Shown here one piece after another: positions 1-12,851 of a stretch of 64,000 nt of DNA. Position 1 is the stretch's first letter; every line of letters begins with the position of its first letter. The stretch covers positions 1,063,681 through 1,127,680 of the forward strand of contig NW_027104472.1 in the NCBI RefSeq assembly GCF_902728285.1. Direction: 5' to 3'. The notes beneath the pieces are model-generated. The model did not search any database. It was given only the letters and a program-made list of their open reading frames with translations, and was not told the DNA's origin. The stretch is from Clytia hemisphaerica. Taxonomy: Eukaryota. A program made the translations under genes and the position numbers.

Positions 1-389
1 TCATATAAAAGAGTCGAAAATTATTTTGGAAAAGCTTTTGCAGGACTTTTTTCGTAAAATGCCCCAAAAAAGGTCCAAAAATCTTCGATTGGATTGCGTG
101 TTTTCTGGTAGTTCTAGTAGCCAAAAGGAACCTCTGTGCCAAATTTCAGCCACATATTTTCTTTTTTCGTCCCCTAACTGTTGAAAAAAGTCCCTTTTTG
201 AGCTATAAAGCTTTACCTTAACTATACTTTATATTTCCCACTCCAAACTGGCACACAACGTTGTTTCATTGTTCTCCTAACGTTATATGGACGTTGTGAA
301 CATTAGATGAACCTTGAAACAACGTTGTGTGCCAACTGGTATTGTGCAATCACGTCTTCAATTTCATAAGCTTCTTCTATTTCTTTTAG

Positions 390-3300
390 ATGAGATTATT
401 GCTGTCAAAAAAAGGTGCTGAATCACCATTATACTTGAAACTTGCATGTGAAGAAATCCGGTTGTTTGGTATCTATGAGAAAGTATCTGAATACCTTAAG
501 GCGTTGGCACAAACCACGCCTCAACTCATTGAATTTGTATTGAATCGCATTGAGAAAGAATATGGATCCAAAATTGTCAAAAACGTTTTCACGCTGTTAC
601 ATCACAGTCGACAAGGTGAGAAAGAGTCACACAAAACAGTTTATGATTTTACCCGGAGAAGTACAGTGAAATTCCCATAACTCGAACCTCTATAACTCGA
701 ATGGCTCCTTAAATTCGAAAAAGATTTCTTGTCCCTTCAGTAAACAAAACCCTGAACACCAGTCTCCATAACTCGAACAAATTTGTGTTCCCCACAAAGG
801 GTGTTCGAGCTATGGAGACTCCACTGTATATTGTCAAAGAGTCTCCGTAATTTGAGCCTCTACATCTCGAATGTCTCTTTAAATTCGAACAAGATTTCTG
901 GTCCCTTCAGTAAACAAAACCCTGAACACCAGTCTCCATAACTCGAAATTAAAATCTCAAATAACTTTGGGCTCTCCGTGTATGATCGAGTTACGGAGAC
1001 TCCACTGTATCCCAGCGCTTCACTGTAACTCAGATAACCCGCAGTTTTGATCAGAAAAATCGAGGACAGCTCTAAAGTTTGTCGTCCTCAGTCAGTCAGG
1101 ACCTAGACAAATAAGAAGCTAATCGTCTCCGTTGCAAAAAAAAAAAAAACTCGCTATTGTTGCGCTTTTCCGTTGTTGGTACTATTTCAATTCTTTGCAA
1201 TTATAGGTTTAACAGAGGACGAATTATACGAAACTTTGAACTTTTTGGCGAATGTCCAGGAATGGAACGAAACATCTCTCCATGATTCCACGTGTTATTT
1301 TGACAAAGATATGGTGGCCCAGAAAGTACCTCGTGCCACATTTGTTTGTTTGTGTCGTGAAATGAAAACTTTCTTAAACGAAGACATGCAATCAGGGTAA
1401 GTAGGTCACGTGTTACATTGTTAACCAATTAGAATTGTTCCTCATCTCAATTGCTTGCTTGTTGAGAGACAAAGGTGAACATTTAAGACAAATGTGAACA
1501 TTTTAGATTTGAGTGTTTTTTTTTTATCTAAGGAGAATTCTGGCGACGGAATTGGTTGGCCCAAAAAAGTACTTTGTGCATTTTATTCCCCTATATTAAA
1601 AAAATTGCCCCTTTTGAGTATTTAACTAGTAAGCAACTTCAAAATTCAATACGAATCAATCCAAAATTCAAAAAATAAGTATCAATCATTTTTCTTCGAG
1701 ACCAAGATTTATGACAAACTATTCTCAGATAGCTTGAAAAGCCATGGTGCTGAAACCATCGACATCACTAGAATTTCATCTTTACTTAATCTTTCTTCAG
1801 TACGATTACCTTGATGCATAAAGAAATCATCGCTGTCATTGAGAAACGATACGCTTCGGATGCGCGCACTTCATCGCTCATTCATTTCGTCTTGGCTTCA
1901 TTTTATCGTAAACAGTGCGATCCTAACAACGACATGAAATGGCATGGAAAGGATATCAAAGCCCTTACAGAGCTGCCCTTCCATATGGTATGTTTTTTTT
2001 GCTTTGAAGAAGTTAGAGCGCAGTAGGCTTCTGCTCATCCTCTAGCGAAAAGAGTTTCTTATATAGAAAATGTATTATAGAGGTGTGCGATTTAGACTAG
2101 AGATTAGTGGTTATTGCCAAGAAATAGAAAACGGAGTCTGTAACATAAGTAAAAAGTGATAGCCGACCCTTCATCATTGTTTAACACAATGAACCAGTTA
2201 GGCTATCAATTCTTACGCTATTAGTACGGTGAACGGGGATTGAGAATATAAATGTACCAGGGCTTAAATGATGACTGAAAAGAATTTTAAAAAGTTAATT
2301 TTAGTCAAGTACTGCTTAAAGTAAGATTTGATTAACAAAATCTTTTAAATTTGAAGTTTGGTTCTTTGAGCACTCCATAGACTCTGTTGAGGAGCAAGCT
2401 CTGCTTCTCCGCTCACCACAAGCGATAATGCGAAGCTCAACACTCAGTGTTTTGAGCACTCTGGTGACAACAACAGTCTATACTCGCTTACCCGAGCTGC
2501 ACTGATGAGTCCTGGAAAGGACGAAACACGTGTCTGCGGATAGTCGTAGATTTGAAATTAAAAATCAAGGTATTTCTGCTGCAGAAAATTCTCTTATCAC
2601 ATTTAATCTAATGATCGTTTTTTATCTTAGGCTTCCTCTGGTCTCTTATGGGACGATTTCAAAGAAATGATGACGTCAGTCTATTTCATCAAAGCCAAAG
2701 TAGAGAATAATCTAGCACGTCAGCTGCTTGACGATCTTCATCTCAATCTACCTCTTAACAATGCGAAATGGTTGGCGAAGAAGAAAGATTTTCTTGGGAA
2801 CATTGACGTCAAAGATATCACGCAATTCATCACCAATAATTTGGATATTTTAGCAAAGTGAGTGGCTTTATTTACCATCCGCAGGATTAAAAAGGAGAAA
2901 AAATAAGAAAATTCTAATTCTAATTCGTCTGCAGTCTGGACTTAAGAAAATGTGGGTTTACCGTCAGCCGACCGACTATTCTCTAAGCTTGCTGACATAA
3001 ATACGTTTATTGCTATTTCGACGAAGATAATTACAAAATGTAGACCAAAATTCCATGAATGACCAAATTTAAACAAATTTCCGACCGACCGACCCACCTC
3101 CAAAATCTATGGTCGGGTGACGGCAAACCAAGCCAAGTCCAGCCAAATTTCCATTTTTCAAGAGCAAAATGTTCAAATTTTCCGACCCTTAATTGGATTG
3201 ATATTTAATTATCAGATTTTTCTGACTTCCATAAAGGAACCCTCGATATCGAGCATATGCCCTTACCCTTCACTAACCCCCCCTCCGGATTTATCATGGT

Positions 3301-3828
3301 AAAGGAGAGGTAAGAACCATTGACTTCCAAGCCCGAAGGGCTAACCTCGAGACCCCTGGATGGGAAATGAAGCTAGTCATTTCCCATTCAGAAAATGGTT
3401 TGTTTTTACACAAACACCGGCTTGAAAGTAAAATCTATCGTTAGATTGCAGAAAATGCAGTCCTAAAAAGCAAAGGAACCACTAGATACAATCCGTCATG
3501 ATTGCGGCGCGTTCTAGGCGCGTTCTGGATGGGAAAAAAGTGTTTTTTTTTGTCTGGGAAAGGTTAGAGATTCTACTCTACTAGCCCTTCAGGTTTTAAA
3601 TTCAATGGTAATGGCTTTCGCTATTCAAACCATAAACTTTTATCATAATGAATTTATTTTAGATACCCGACATTGCTACTTCAACTTGCCGTCAATTCAC
3701 CAGACGGTAGTTTCATGCAAACAGAATCAGCACAAATCCCTACTGAAGATGTTTTGAGTATCATGAAATGGTTGAATAAACCTGATGAAGTTTCAACATG
3801 CACTCTGTCAATCTCGAATGTTAAAAGT
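390..3828 (+). CDS. Helical (STAND/NACHT-associated HD/winged-helix-like) exons, probably the 5' part of the downstream WD40 gene. Exons approx 390-615, 1207-1396, 1801-1987, 2631-2858 and ?3673-3828.
   Basis: Long ORFs in the supplied ORF track end in canonical donors (caag|gtgaga 616, cagg|gtaagt 1397, atg|gtatgt 1988, aag|gtgagt 2859, agt|gtaagt 3829) and begin after polypyrimidine-AG acceptors. Phases join between consecutive exons (615 ends in phase 1 and 1207 continues ...SRQ-G-LTEDELYE; 1396 ends in phase 2 and 1801 continues; 1987 and 2631 join in phase 0). The peptides are alpha-helical in character (LYLKLACEEIRLFGIYEKVSEYLKALAQTTPQLIEFVLNRIEKEYG; HFVLASFYRKQCDPNNDMKWHGKDIKAL; LARQLLDDLHLNLPLNNAKWLAKKKDFLGNIDVKDITQFI). 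The acceptor for the 3673 exon could not be phased. Confidence 0.5.
664..1010. mobile_element. Two tandem copies of a roughly 170-bp hairpin MITE with termini AGTCTCCGTAACT.../...GAGTTACGGAGACTCCACTGTA. A third copy lies at 27238-27400.
   Basis: Unit 1 664-836 and unit 2 837-1010 share ...cccttcagtaaacaaaaccctgaacaccagtctccataactcgaa...ggagactccactgtat. The 27238-27400 copy shares both ends (agtctccgtaactatagaatgtctcc...gagttatggagactccac). Confidence 0.6.
3316..3648. mobile_element. Hairpin MITE (about 330 bp). A second copy of the family lies at 41321-41617.
   Basis: The arm ccattgacttccaagcccgaagggctaacctcgagacc is inverted at ggttagagattctactctactagcccttcaggttttaaattcaatgg. The 41321 copy shares the internal sequence caatccgtcat...gcctgagaaaggttagagatt and has arms tcaagccgaaggctagaggtcaatctc / gagattgacctctagccttcggcttga. 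Confidence 0.55.
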
Positions 3829-4300
3829 GTAAGTCAAACGTCTGTTAGTTTTGTCTGAATGAGTGAGACCTAAAAATCTACAACGTCATAGTATCTTAAA
3901 TGGTTGAATAAATATGATGAAGTTTCAACGCACACTGTCAATCTCGAATGTTAAAAGTGTAAGTCAAACGTCTGTTAATTTTATCTGAATGAGCGAGACC
4001 TGAAAATTTATGAGCGAGGATGTCTTGGACATTTAAGTTTCTAAAATGGTTGAATAATCCTGGTGGAGTCTCGACATGCACTCGACATGTAAATTTCAAA
4101 TGTTAAAAGTGTAAGAAAAAACTTTTGTTAAATTTGTCTGAATAGGCGAGACAGTCACTAGTCTTTTAACAGAATTCTTTTCAATTTCTTTGATATGGTT
4201 AAACGAGACTTTTATAAACTTTAATTGATGACTTGATCAGCAAGTCAAATGTCAAATTTCTGTTGATTTCGCCTGAATGGGCGAGACAGTCTTAAAATTG
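3758..4300 (+). repeat. Tandem triplication (about 120-145 bp units, progressively degenerate) of the 3' end of the exon ending at 3828 together with its GTAAGT donor and proximal intron.
   Basis: Unit 1 at 3758-3878 is ...tggttgaataaacctgatgaagtttcaacatgcactctgtcaatctcgaatgttaaaagtgtaagtcaaacgtctgttagttttgtctgaatgagtgagacc. Unit 2 at 3899-4010 is the same with substitutions (aaatatgatgaag, caacgcacactg). Unit 3 at 4046-4150 is more diverged. A further remnant (gcctgaatgggcgagacagtc) lies at about 4270. Confidence 0.7.
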
Positions 4301-6071
4301 TAAACCCAAAATCTTATGACCATGTAAGGGGAGTATAATTTCCTAATTTTTGGATCAAGTCAGAGACTCAAAAAAGTAGAGAAAAGGTTTCTTCAGAATT
4401 AGAACTAGGTCACAGTCTGGATCTAAACCACAATGAAACGACCGCCTTCCATCACGCATTACGCTCTCGAAAGAGCGCGCGCACATTATTAACGCCTACA
4501 TGTCATCTCCAGTACATTTTAGATTATTCATTGAAAACAAATTACAATATAGTCATATTTCATGTCTCGATTATTCATTTCCGAATAAAAGACATTCAGC
4601 GAAAAAAAAAAGAGAAACACCTGGGTAATCTAGTTAAAAAAACCGAAAGTAAATGGTAGACGAAGTAATGAGCCAAGGCAAAACGAGATTAGCGTACCAC
4701 TATGAAAGAAACCGCCTCCGGCGGTCGATAATGTTCTATCTTTTTCCTGCTGTACATGATTTTTATACTAGGTCACAGTTTGCTTCAGAGCAAACTGGTG
4801 CGACCGCTGTTTTACAGAGCAATTAACACTTTCTTCAGCAGTCAACAGAACAACATCCATCACAAATCATGTATGATACTTCATAAAAAATGAAAAACAG
4901 CACATGTAAAATGCAATAACTAACAATGTCGAAAATAATTGCAGAGGACCGAGAGAAGTTATAATTCAAAATTACTCCAAGAAGTACATCTAAAAACAAA
5001 GACTACCTCTGAAATCAAAACGCTTGCATCCTAGCTAACACGCTGAACTTTCTAAGCCACCGTACCATCCACCCATACCTCTCTGGGCCACCGTACACGC
5101 GGGATATCTCTTAGATATTTGCGTGGTTATCTCCCTAATATTCAGCCACCAAAAATGAAAATTAAAGATGGTAACTTAAGCTGCACGATTTCACTTTCGA
5201 TTTCAACTTTCAACCTCCCAGACTCCGTAAACAAAAACACGACGGTAAAAAACCGCCTTCAGGCGGTCGATAAGAACTTAAAGCTTCGGGACAAGCTTGA
5301 GTTTTTACAAGCTCTTATTTGATTTGGTTGGTCGTTAACCAGTAATAAAACAATTTTTTTTACTTTTTCTAAAGAACGCGTCATCTCTATCACTTCAAAT
5401 GACCAATTAGTGAAATATCTTATAAAAACTCCAGGTTATCCCAAAGCTTCGATGGCCAAAATATTATACCCAATTTCTCTGGAAATTTCACAAAAATACT
5501 AACAAAATTTTTGAAAATAAGAACATTTTAAAAACATTTCTAGGCTAAAAACTGAAAAAGTTTGGTTTTAAAAAATTTGGATTTTCTTCTACGTACTTTT
5601 CTACCTTATTTTAAGGTTATTTGGGATAAAGGAACTCTTAGGTTGGAAACAATGTTGATTATATTTGAATAGCAGGATAGATTTCCTAAGGATTATACCA
5701 ACTTAATTTCTTTTCCCATCTTCCTAGTTTTTGGGTTTCATTGAAGTAACAACCCATTGAAAAAAATGAATAGCTCTTTCATAATAATTGACGAATGAGG
5801 AAATGGAGTGAAATGAAATTCATAAATAATTGAAAAATCGATTATGAAATTTGAAAATGAATTAAAGTTACAGTATCTAAAGTTGAATTAGATCAGCCCT
5901 TTTTTTCACTTTTTACTTGAAATATAATAATCGAATAAAAATTTTGGAATCTTTTGGAATGGATAAGTAGATTTACTCATTTTTACTGGGAACGCCCAAT
6001 GAAACAATATGGTTTCTGCAAACAGCTCAAAATCTAAAACTGAATTTATTGGGAACGCCTAATGAAGCAAT

Positions 6072-7326
6072 ATGGTGTCTGCAAGCAGCTCAAAATGTAA
6101 ATCCGAAGTTGAAAATTTGAGACTAAAAATCTCCCAACTTGAACAAGACATTGATAAAATCAACAAGTTATCTAACAAAAGATTTGTATGTATCGAGAAA
6201 AGAATTGAGAATAATGGAAATGCCATTCAAGAATTGAATTTTGTACTTGGGCAATATGTTGGGACCCATGAGGACTATTATCGAGATATCAATGATGGTG
6301 ATAGACTAGAAACCGAGACAATAATTTCTGCTGAAGAATCTAAATTCAAGTCTGAGACAAATGACGGTATCAATGATGGCGATAGCAACTATGATCGGGA
6401 TATTGCCATCAGTGGCAAGAGTCGGGAAACCGATACAAAGATGATTGAAAATTCAGAGACAAGTGTCAAGTCAGAGACAAACGACGGTTTTATAGATGAG
6501 AATTACACAGATCGTAATGATGTCACGGAAACTCAAATAAACGGATCGCTACGCAACGATATCAGAAACGAGTCTCAAAAAGGTCGAAAAATTGATATCA
6601 ATCACTACTTGAAGAAAAGTCCTATTTCTTCAAAACGAAATAATTCAAGTCGTTCTCTGAAAAAGACTTTATCGGTGCGAATGTCGAAATCAAACTCTTA
6701 TAATGATCAAGGGATCCCTTTAGGTGCTATTCCTAAGGGCACATACTTTGAGAACCCATTATCAAATGATGTTATTAATAAAGATACTTCGAGGGATGAA
6801 GAAATCAACTCAAATCAATCTGCCCGGTCTTCTGGAAGATCTGATTCTAAAAAGTCAATGTCGCGAACTAATTCAGACGTTCAACTAAATTTTGGAGGCG
6901 TTTTAAGCTCGGTGACGATGTCCAGAAAGAGAGCTAACATTGAAGCCCAATTAGATAAGAACCTTGAAATCATACTTAGTCCGTTACAAACCCGCATGAA
7001 ACACCAAAATGACGAAGAAGGGATCAAACACTTGGAAGAAATCGAAGAGAAAATTCATGAAGAAAAACAAAGTTATGCTGAAGGACTAACCATCCATGGA
7101 GCAAATCGAATCGCGACTGGTAGACCATGTAGTAAAATCATATGGTCTATACTTGTGATTGCCTCACTTACTACTGCAGCTCTGATATCAAAGGAACACT
7201 GGGAGGCTTACTTGAACAAGAAAAGTATATCTAATACCATGATTTTACACCAACAGAGTATTCCCTTACCAGCTATTACTGTGTGCAATTATGATGGGAT
7301 TAACAAGGAGAGACGAAATTTCCAAG
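6072..7326 (+). CDS. DEG/ENaC (amiloride-sensitive Na+ channel, ASIC/HyNaC-like) 5' coding exon: long low-complexity N-terminus, HG motif, TM1 and post-TM1 FPAITVC motif. Probable donor caag|gtgggc at 7327.
   Basis: The 439-aa ORF ends ...GLTIHGANRIATGRPCSKIIWSILVIASLTTAALISKEHWEAYLNKK...SIPLPAITVCNYDGINKERRNFQ. TIHGANRIA matches the DEG/ENaC His-Gly motif. It is followed by a hydrophobic TM1 and the family-diagnostic FPAVTIC-type motif. The true start Met is uncertain (possibly internal, e.g. the MSRKRAN or MKHQNDEEG Met). Confidence 0.7.
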
Positions 7327-7419
7327 GTGGGCCACCGTCATATGTTCGCCCAACGTTGGTCAATTTCCCAAGCATGCACTCTCAGTTTTAAAGGTCTTTA
7401 TTAAGACCTTTTGGGTGTA

Positions 7420-7800
7420 TCAGGTAACGATCCGTTATCGCAGAACGTTTTGGGTCTTGTTCTAAATCAGACCTTAAGGTCTTGATTTTAATAGGACCTT
7501 TATCGCGCCCAATAGAGACTATTCTAGATCCCGAAAGAGACTTCAAGGGTTCTGATTCTATCAAACCTAAAAGGTCTTATTTTAAACGAGACCTTTCGAA
7601 AAAAGTCCGTTATCGCAGAACGTTTAGGGTCTTGTTCTAAATCAGACCTTTAGCGCGCCCAATAGAGACTATTCTAGATCCCGAATAAGACTTCAAGGGT
7701 TCTGATTCTATCATACCTAAAAGGTCTTATTTTAAACGAGACCTTTCGATAAAAGTCCGTTATCGCAGAACGTTTGGGGTCTTGTTCAAAATTAGACCAT
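7420..7800. repeat. Tandem repeat of a roughly 190-bp unit (about 2 copies) built from GGTCTT/AGACCT words. A related roughly 180-bp tandem duplication lies at 8941-9240.
   Basis: The string ccgttatcgcagaacgtttngggtcttgttctaaatcagaccttnagcgcgcccaatagagactattctagatcccgaanaagacttcaagggttctgattctatcanacctaaaaggtcttattttaaacgagacctttcga occurs twice. agcgcgcgaaatngagacctttagaggtct...cattgaaaaggcttgta is duplicated at 8941 and 9118. Confidence 0.65.
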
Positions 7801-9567
7801 ATTAGTGCCTAAAAGAAACTATGTTTAGTACTCGTTTTTGAAGGTCTGTAATTTTCAAAAGGCCTAAATTGTCGAAACAAAACCTAACAATAATTAAGAG
7901 AAGAAGAGAATAAAAATACTCAAGAATTTCAATGTAAAAGATATATTCTAACAAATATCCATTATATTATGTATATAATAGTTCTTTGATATCGAAACGT
8001 ACAAGAGATGTATTGTACGTGTCCAGTTTGTTCATGACAATGATGATTATTCACGACAAAGTCTAGCTGTTTATGTAAGTACGACTGTAAACCAGATTGT
8101 CAAACAAACGTTCGTGTCCAAGAGTTGAAAATTGAATAGACGTTTGTTATGGTGACGGTGACACAAAACTTTAATGAACTGGATAGTTGCGTGCTAACAT
8201 GAAAGCTGGATAGTTGCGTGCTAAAAAGAGATAAAGATCACAAAACTGGTTTTTAGGCCTATTACTTCATCGAAATGTAATTTAGAAAATTTGAAAAATT
8301 CTTTACTTTTGATCCAGATCTTCAAAGTTTTCCAGAAAAAAACAACAAATTGGGCAAAGATACAGTTTATTCAATTCTTACCTCAGCAGAGAGTCGATTT
8401 TGTTCTGGCCATACTTTAAACAAACGTTTAGATAATGTGATGGTGGGATTTACAGCGACAGTGACATGGGCTCACATGATGTTGGGTTAGATTCTCGTTA
8501 ATGTCGAAGCTGAAAAAAATAATATAATAAAAGATTTAAAACGAATATTGCACAAAAAATAAAATAAAATTTCGTAAAAGCCTAGCTAGTAGGATCAATA
8601 AATACAAGCACAAAATTCGATCGAGCCTCGCCAAAACTTTCCATGGGTGTATTTGCAACAATAAAGCTCCATGTTTGTGGAAGAAAAAAGGATTCATCCG
8701 ATCAAAAGATATATATATATATATAGCTCCAGTGAACAAAAAAAGGATTTTAAGAAATTTCATTACGTGAAGATTGTGTTACTTACCTTTTTTTCTTTTT
8801 GCTCTTCAGACCGTCTTCACCCTTTTGGCTCCAAAATTGTTTTGATTTTATTTTTGCACAATTTTGAACTTTTCGAATTTCGAACGACGTTCGAAACATT
8901 CGAAAATTCGAAAGAAGTCGTTACACTGCTCTAGATTTTTTAAAGCGCGCGAAATCGAGACCTTTAGAGGTCTTCATAAAAGCCCTTTTTATCGTGTCTA
9001 TTGGATGTTCACTATCGTGTCTATTGAAAAGGCTTGTAAATGGCAGACCTAAAAAGGTCTTGTTTCAAACCAGTGAGCCTTTAGAAGTCTTGAAGGAGAC
9101 CTTTTTGGCGACCTTTTACAGCGCGCGAAATTGAGACCTTTAGAGGTCTCCATAAAAGCCCTTTTATCTTGTCTATCGGATGTTCACTATCGTGTCTATT
9201 GAAAAGGCTTGTATCAGGCAGACCTAAGAAGGTCTTGTTTCAAACGCGTGATTGAGACCTTTAGAAGTGTTGAATAAGACCGTTTCCAAGAAGAGACCAT
9301 GAAGGTCTTATTTCGAAAATACAAAGGAGACCTTTTTGGTGTATAGAACAAGACCCTTGCTTGAATGGAAACCTTGCAAGGTCTCAATCGGCCACACAAG
9401 AGTTTCAATTCAGACCTTTCATGATATACTGACATGTAAGTAAAAATTAGACCGGCTAAGGTCTCAAAACTAAACCTAAAAGGTTTGAATTCAGACTGAT
9501 AAGGTCTTTCTTCAAATTAGCATCTAAAAGGTCTCATATAAAACCCTAAAAACTGAGAGTGTGAGAG

Positions 9568-10472
9568 CCTGCGGTGGCCTAAACTTAACAAAGTGCAGTG
9601 ACTTAAAGTCGAGACCTATCAAAGTTCAAACTATTTCACATGATTATTCTAAAACTGAATTACAAAATCATTTAGTGGAATTTGATAATACGACTAATTG
9701 TTTTACTATCAAATGTTTGATTCAACCAACACCATCTAGCCTCTTATCCATACAGGCTGTCGTTAATAGTTCAGCGGCTAGTCGTACGAGTGAAATTTAT
9801 ATAAATCCAGCCTCGGAGACATTTCCTGAAACTTCTCCTACAGTCTATTGGGCTAACGAAGGGTTCTACCATGTTAATATTGAAAAGAAAATTATTACGC
9901 ACCTTGGAAAACCTTATACGGACTGTGTGAAGGGAAAAGGATCATATTCTCAAAATAAATTTAAAGGGAACTATACAGTGACTAAATGTGAGAAAGGATG
10001 TTTTTGGGAAAAAGTTTTTGAAAAGTGTGGAGCCATACCTCAAATGTATAAAAAACACATGCGCAAGCCGTATCGATTTGATAACAAAACATTTGTAAAT
10101 AACACTTTCGGCCAAGCGTGTTTAACGTCTATTGAGGGTGATTCAAGCGTTACTCAAAAGTGCCACGCCCTTTGCAAACTACCCCCATGTTACGAAGAAG
10201 ATGTTAAAATGACGTTAAGTTATCACCAATCAACTGCGCCCAATTTTTTCGAACTAGCAATTACTTTCCAATCGTTCTTGATTGAAATCGTCGAGGAAGT
10301 ACCTGCTTACACTTGGCAAGATTTATTCGCCAACTTTGGTGGTTGTGTAGGTTTGATGACAGGGGCTTCCATACTATCTCTTTTTGAATTGTTCATTTTC
10401 TTTGGGTTAATTTTGTTAGACTTTTTTGATATTTATACGAAAGTTTCTACTAAGATTCCGCACCACAAGTAG
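9568..10472 (+). CDS. DEG/ENaC 3' coding exon: thumb-domain cysteines, palm, G-A-S selectivity filter, TM2 and C-terminus (stop TAG 10470-10472). The 5' boundary is uncertain (candidate acceptors at about 9567 or 9746), and intermediate exons may exist in 7330-9560.
   Basis: The ORF 9561-10472 (+) contains ...KPYTDCVKGKGSYSQNKFKGNYTVTKCEKGCFWEKVFEKCGAIP..., a spaced-cysteine thumb pattern. It also contains LAITFQSFLIEIVEEVPAYTWQDLFANFGGCVGLMTGASILSLFELFIFFGLILLDFF. This aligns with ASIC1 ...[49 protein letters not shown], i.e. the pre-TM2 segment plus the G-x-S filter. Confidence 0.75.
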
Positions 10473-12851
10473 TAATGTTTTTGAAGCTTGTTATGCGAGA
10501 CTAATTTGATTAGTTGTTGACTTACCCTGAGATTCAAAAAATCGAAATAAAAATGAAATTGATTTTAGCAGTACATTTTTATTTTCATAGCTTTAGAGAC
10601 TGCCAAATTTTCAAAATCTTCGTAGTTTTTTCAAGGTTTTGAGAATTTCATGTTCTTCAGTTTTTCATTTTATCAATTAATTTGAGCTTTTTATGTCTTT
10701 TAATTTTCTATTTCTTATTTTTGTCAACATGTAGATTTTTGCTGCCTTTTGGAAGATTTTATAGGTGAAATTCTACTTTCATTTTTATTTTTTTCGACTA
10801 CCGACCGACCGACCCTCTTTTTTGGGTAGCTTGGCCCGTAAAACAACAAATTAAATTGGCCTCGCCCTATCGTGAAATATTACCTTTTGATTTTCTTACT
10901 ACAGTATAATATTTGGATCAGATTGTTTCCTTAGAAAATAATGATACTTTTTAAAAATCTTTGACATGTGACAGGTATATTGGGTTGTTCCGAAAAGTTT
11001 CGTACAGGGGGATGGGCGAAACTTTTTAAGTAAAAAAAAAACTTATTGGAAATGTGTGGATACCCCCTGGAAAATGGTAAAGTTTGCAAAAATACCCTTG
11101 GAAATATTCTTTTCATACCTTAAAGCGCGGGTGGACGAACTAAAACCAGTCTTTTACCCACTGGAAATTTTAGAGTATCTTTTTACCCCCTTTGAAAAAT
11201 GAAAAACGACCACCTGGAAATTTGTCTCGGATTACCCTCTGAAAATGTTCGTCCACCCCCTGTATGGATGTAATTTGGAATGGCCCATTAAAGTAAAAGC
11301 AATAGTAATAATTCATATAGTGATACTTCAGTCTTTCTTTCTGTTTAACGATATAAAGACAACTAGCCGTATGCGCAGCGTCGCACGCTGCGTGTCCCAA
11401 TCCAGTGAATCACTACACATCTAAAAAATTCTAACGGAAGAAAGATAACCGCCGATTGATGATTTGATTTTGATTTTAGGAAATAAAGGAGAAAAAAGAT
11501 AACATTGCATTGCAATTTTTAACCACAATTAAATAAATGGCTTAGCAAAAGTATATTTTAGATCTTCTTAGCCAAAAGAAGATTGATTTTAACCCATCAA
11601 GCTCCAAACTTGGTGAATAGAAAATAGTATCTTGGGGTCTCAAAGTTAGTCTAGTGATAGGAAATCTGCTTAAGGTGCAAAAAGATGATGGTTCAACGCC
11701 ATGAAGAGGAGGCTTTGTAGAACTTTGTTAGATTTTCGAAAACTTTTTACAAAAAATTGTAAATACACACGTTTAAGCGTATTAATATATAGATTGACAA
11801 ATATTACTTATCCATCCATCCTTCCATACACTATTAATTCAGGTTTCCTCCCTTCCAATGTCGTTTCCAAGCCCCTGAAAGGCTCTAGCAACCCATAACC
11901 CAGCTGGCACACGACGTTGTTTCAACGTTCATCTGACGTTAAATGGACGCTACGGACGATAGATAGCACAAATATACAGTCCTCATAAAAGATTAGTGAG
12001 GTTAAGCAAGTGTTTATTTAAACCGTTCAATGCGATATTTTAGGCCTGTACATAAGATTTCACTTGCATGGTTTGCTTTGGCAAGTTATGTACAGGCCTA
12101 CGGTATCGCACTTTACGGTCAAAATAAAGCGCTTCGATCGCACTTTTTCGAGCAAAGATTCCACGCCATTGGTCAAGAGAAAAATGAAGCAACTCCATTG
12201 GCGCGATCTGACCAACGTTGATCTGACGTAACAAAAAAGTTGAAATGTGCTCAACTTTGTTTTACGAGTGCGCACCACATTTTTATGACGTAATCTTTTT
12301 TCCAAGCAAAAAGGATTGAAGCAAAAAAGTGCGATCGCAGCGCGAGTAAGTGGAGACCGGCCTTAAAAATTTTTAATTGAAATTAAATTTCATACTTCTG
12401 TAAAAGGGCATTGTTTGACAGTTCACGCTTTTTTATATAAGAACATACTTTATAAGAATATTTATGATGAAATTGGCCAGAAAATTAAAAATATGACAAG
12501 AATACCACCACCATGGAATTTGGTAACTGAGCCTAAGAATGTCATTTTTTGAGCATTTTACCATTAACTTGCCAATTATTACCCAGCAATGCTAAGAGGT
12601 TCAACAAAAATGCCAAATTTTTGCTTGACGTATGTTTTACATGCTAGATTTTGGCTGGGATTAGATCCAAACCTAAGAATACCGTAAAAATATTTCAAAA
12701 AAGTTGAGAATATTCATGATCAATTTGAAAAAAACACTTATTATTCTTATAAAAAAAAGAAGCTTGTATTCTTCTTAGTCAACTGTTTGTACTAGTAAAA
12801 ATTCTAACAGATTGCAAAGGGGAATTTCAAGTTTCCTTCTTTTTCATTTTA

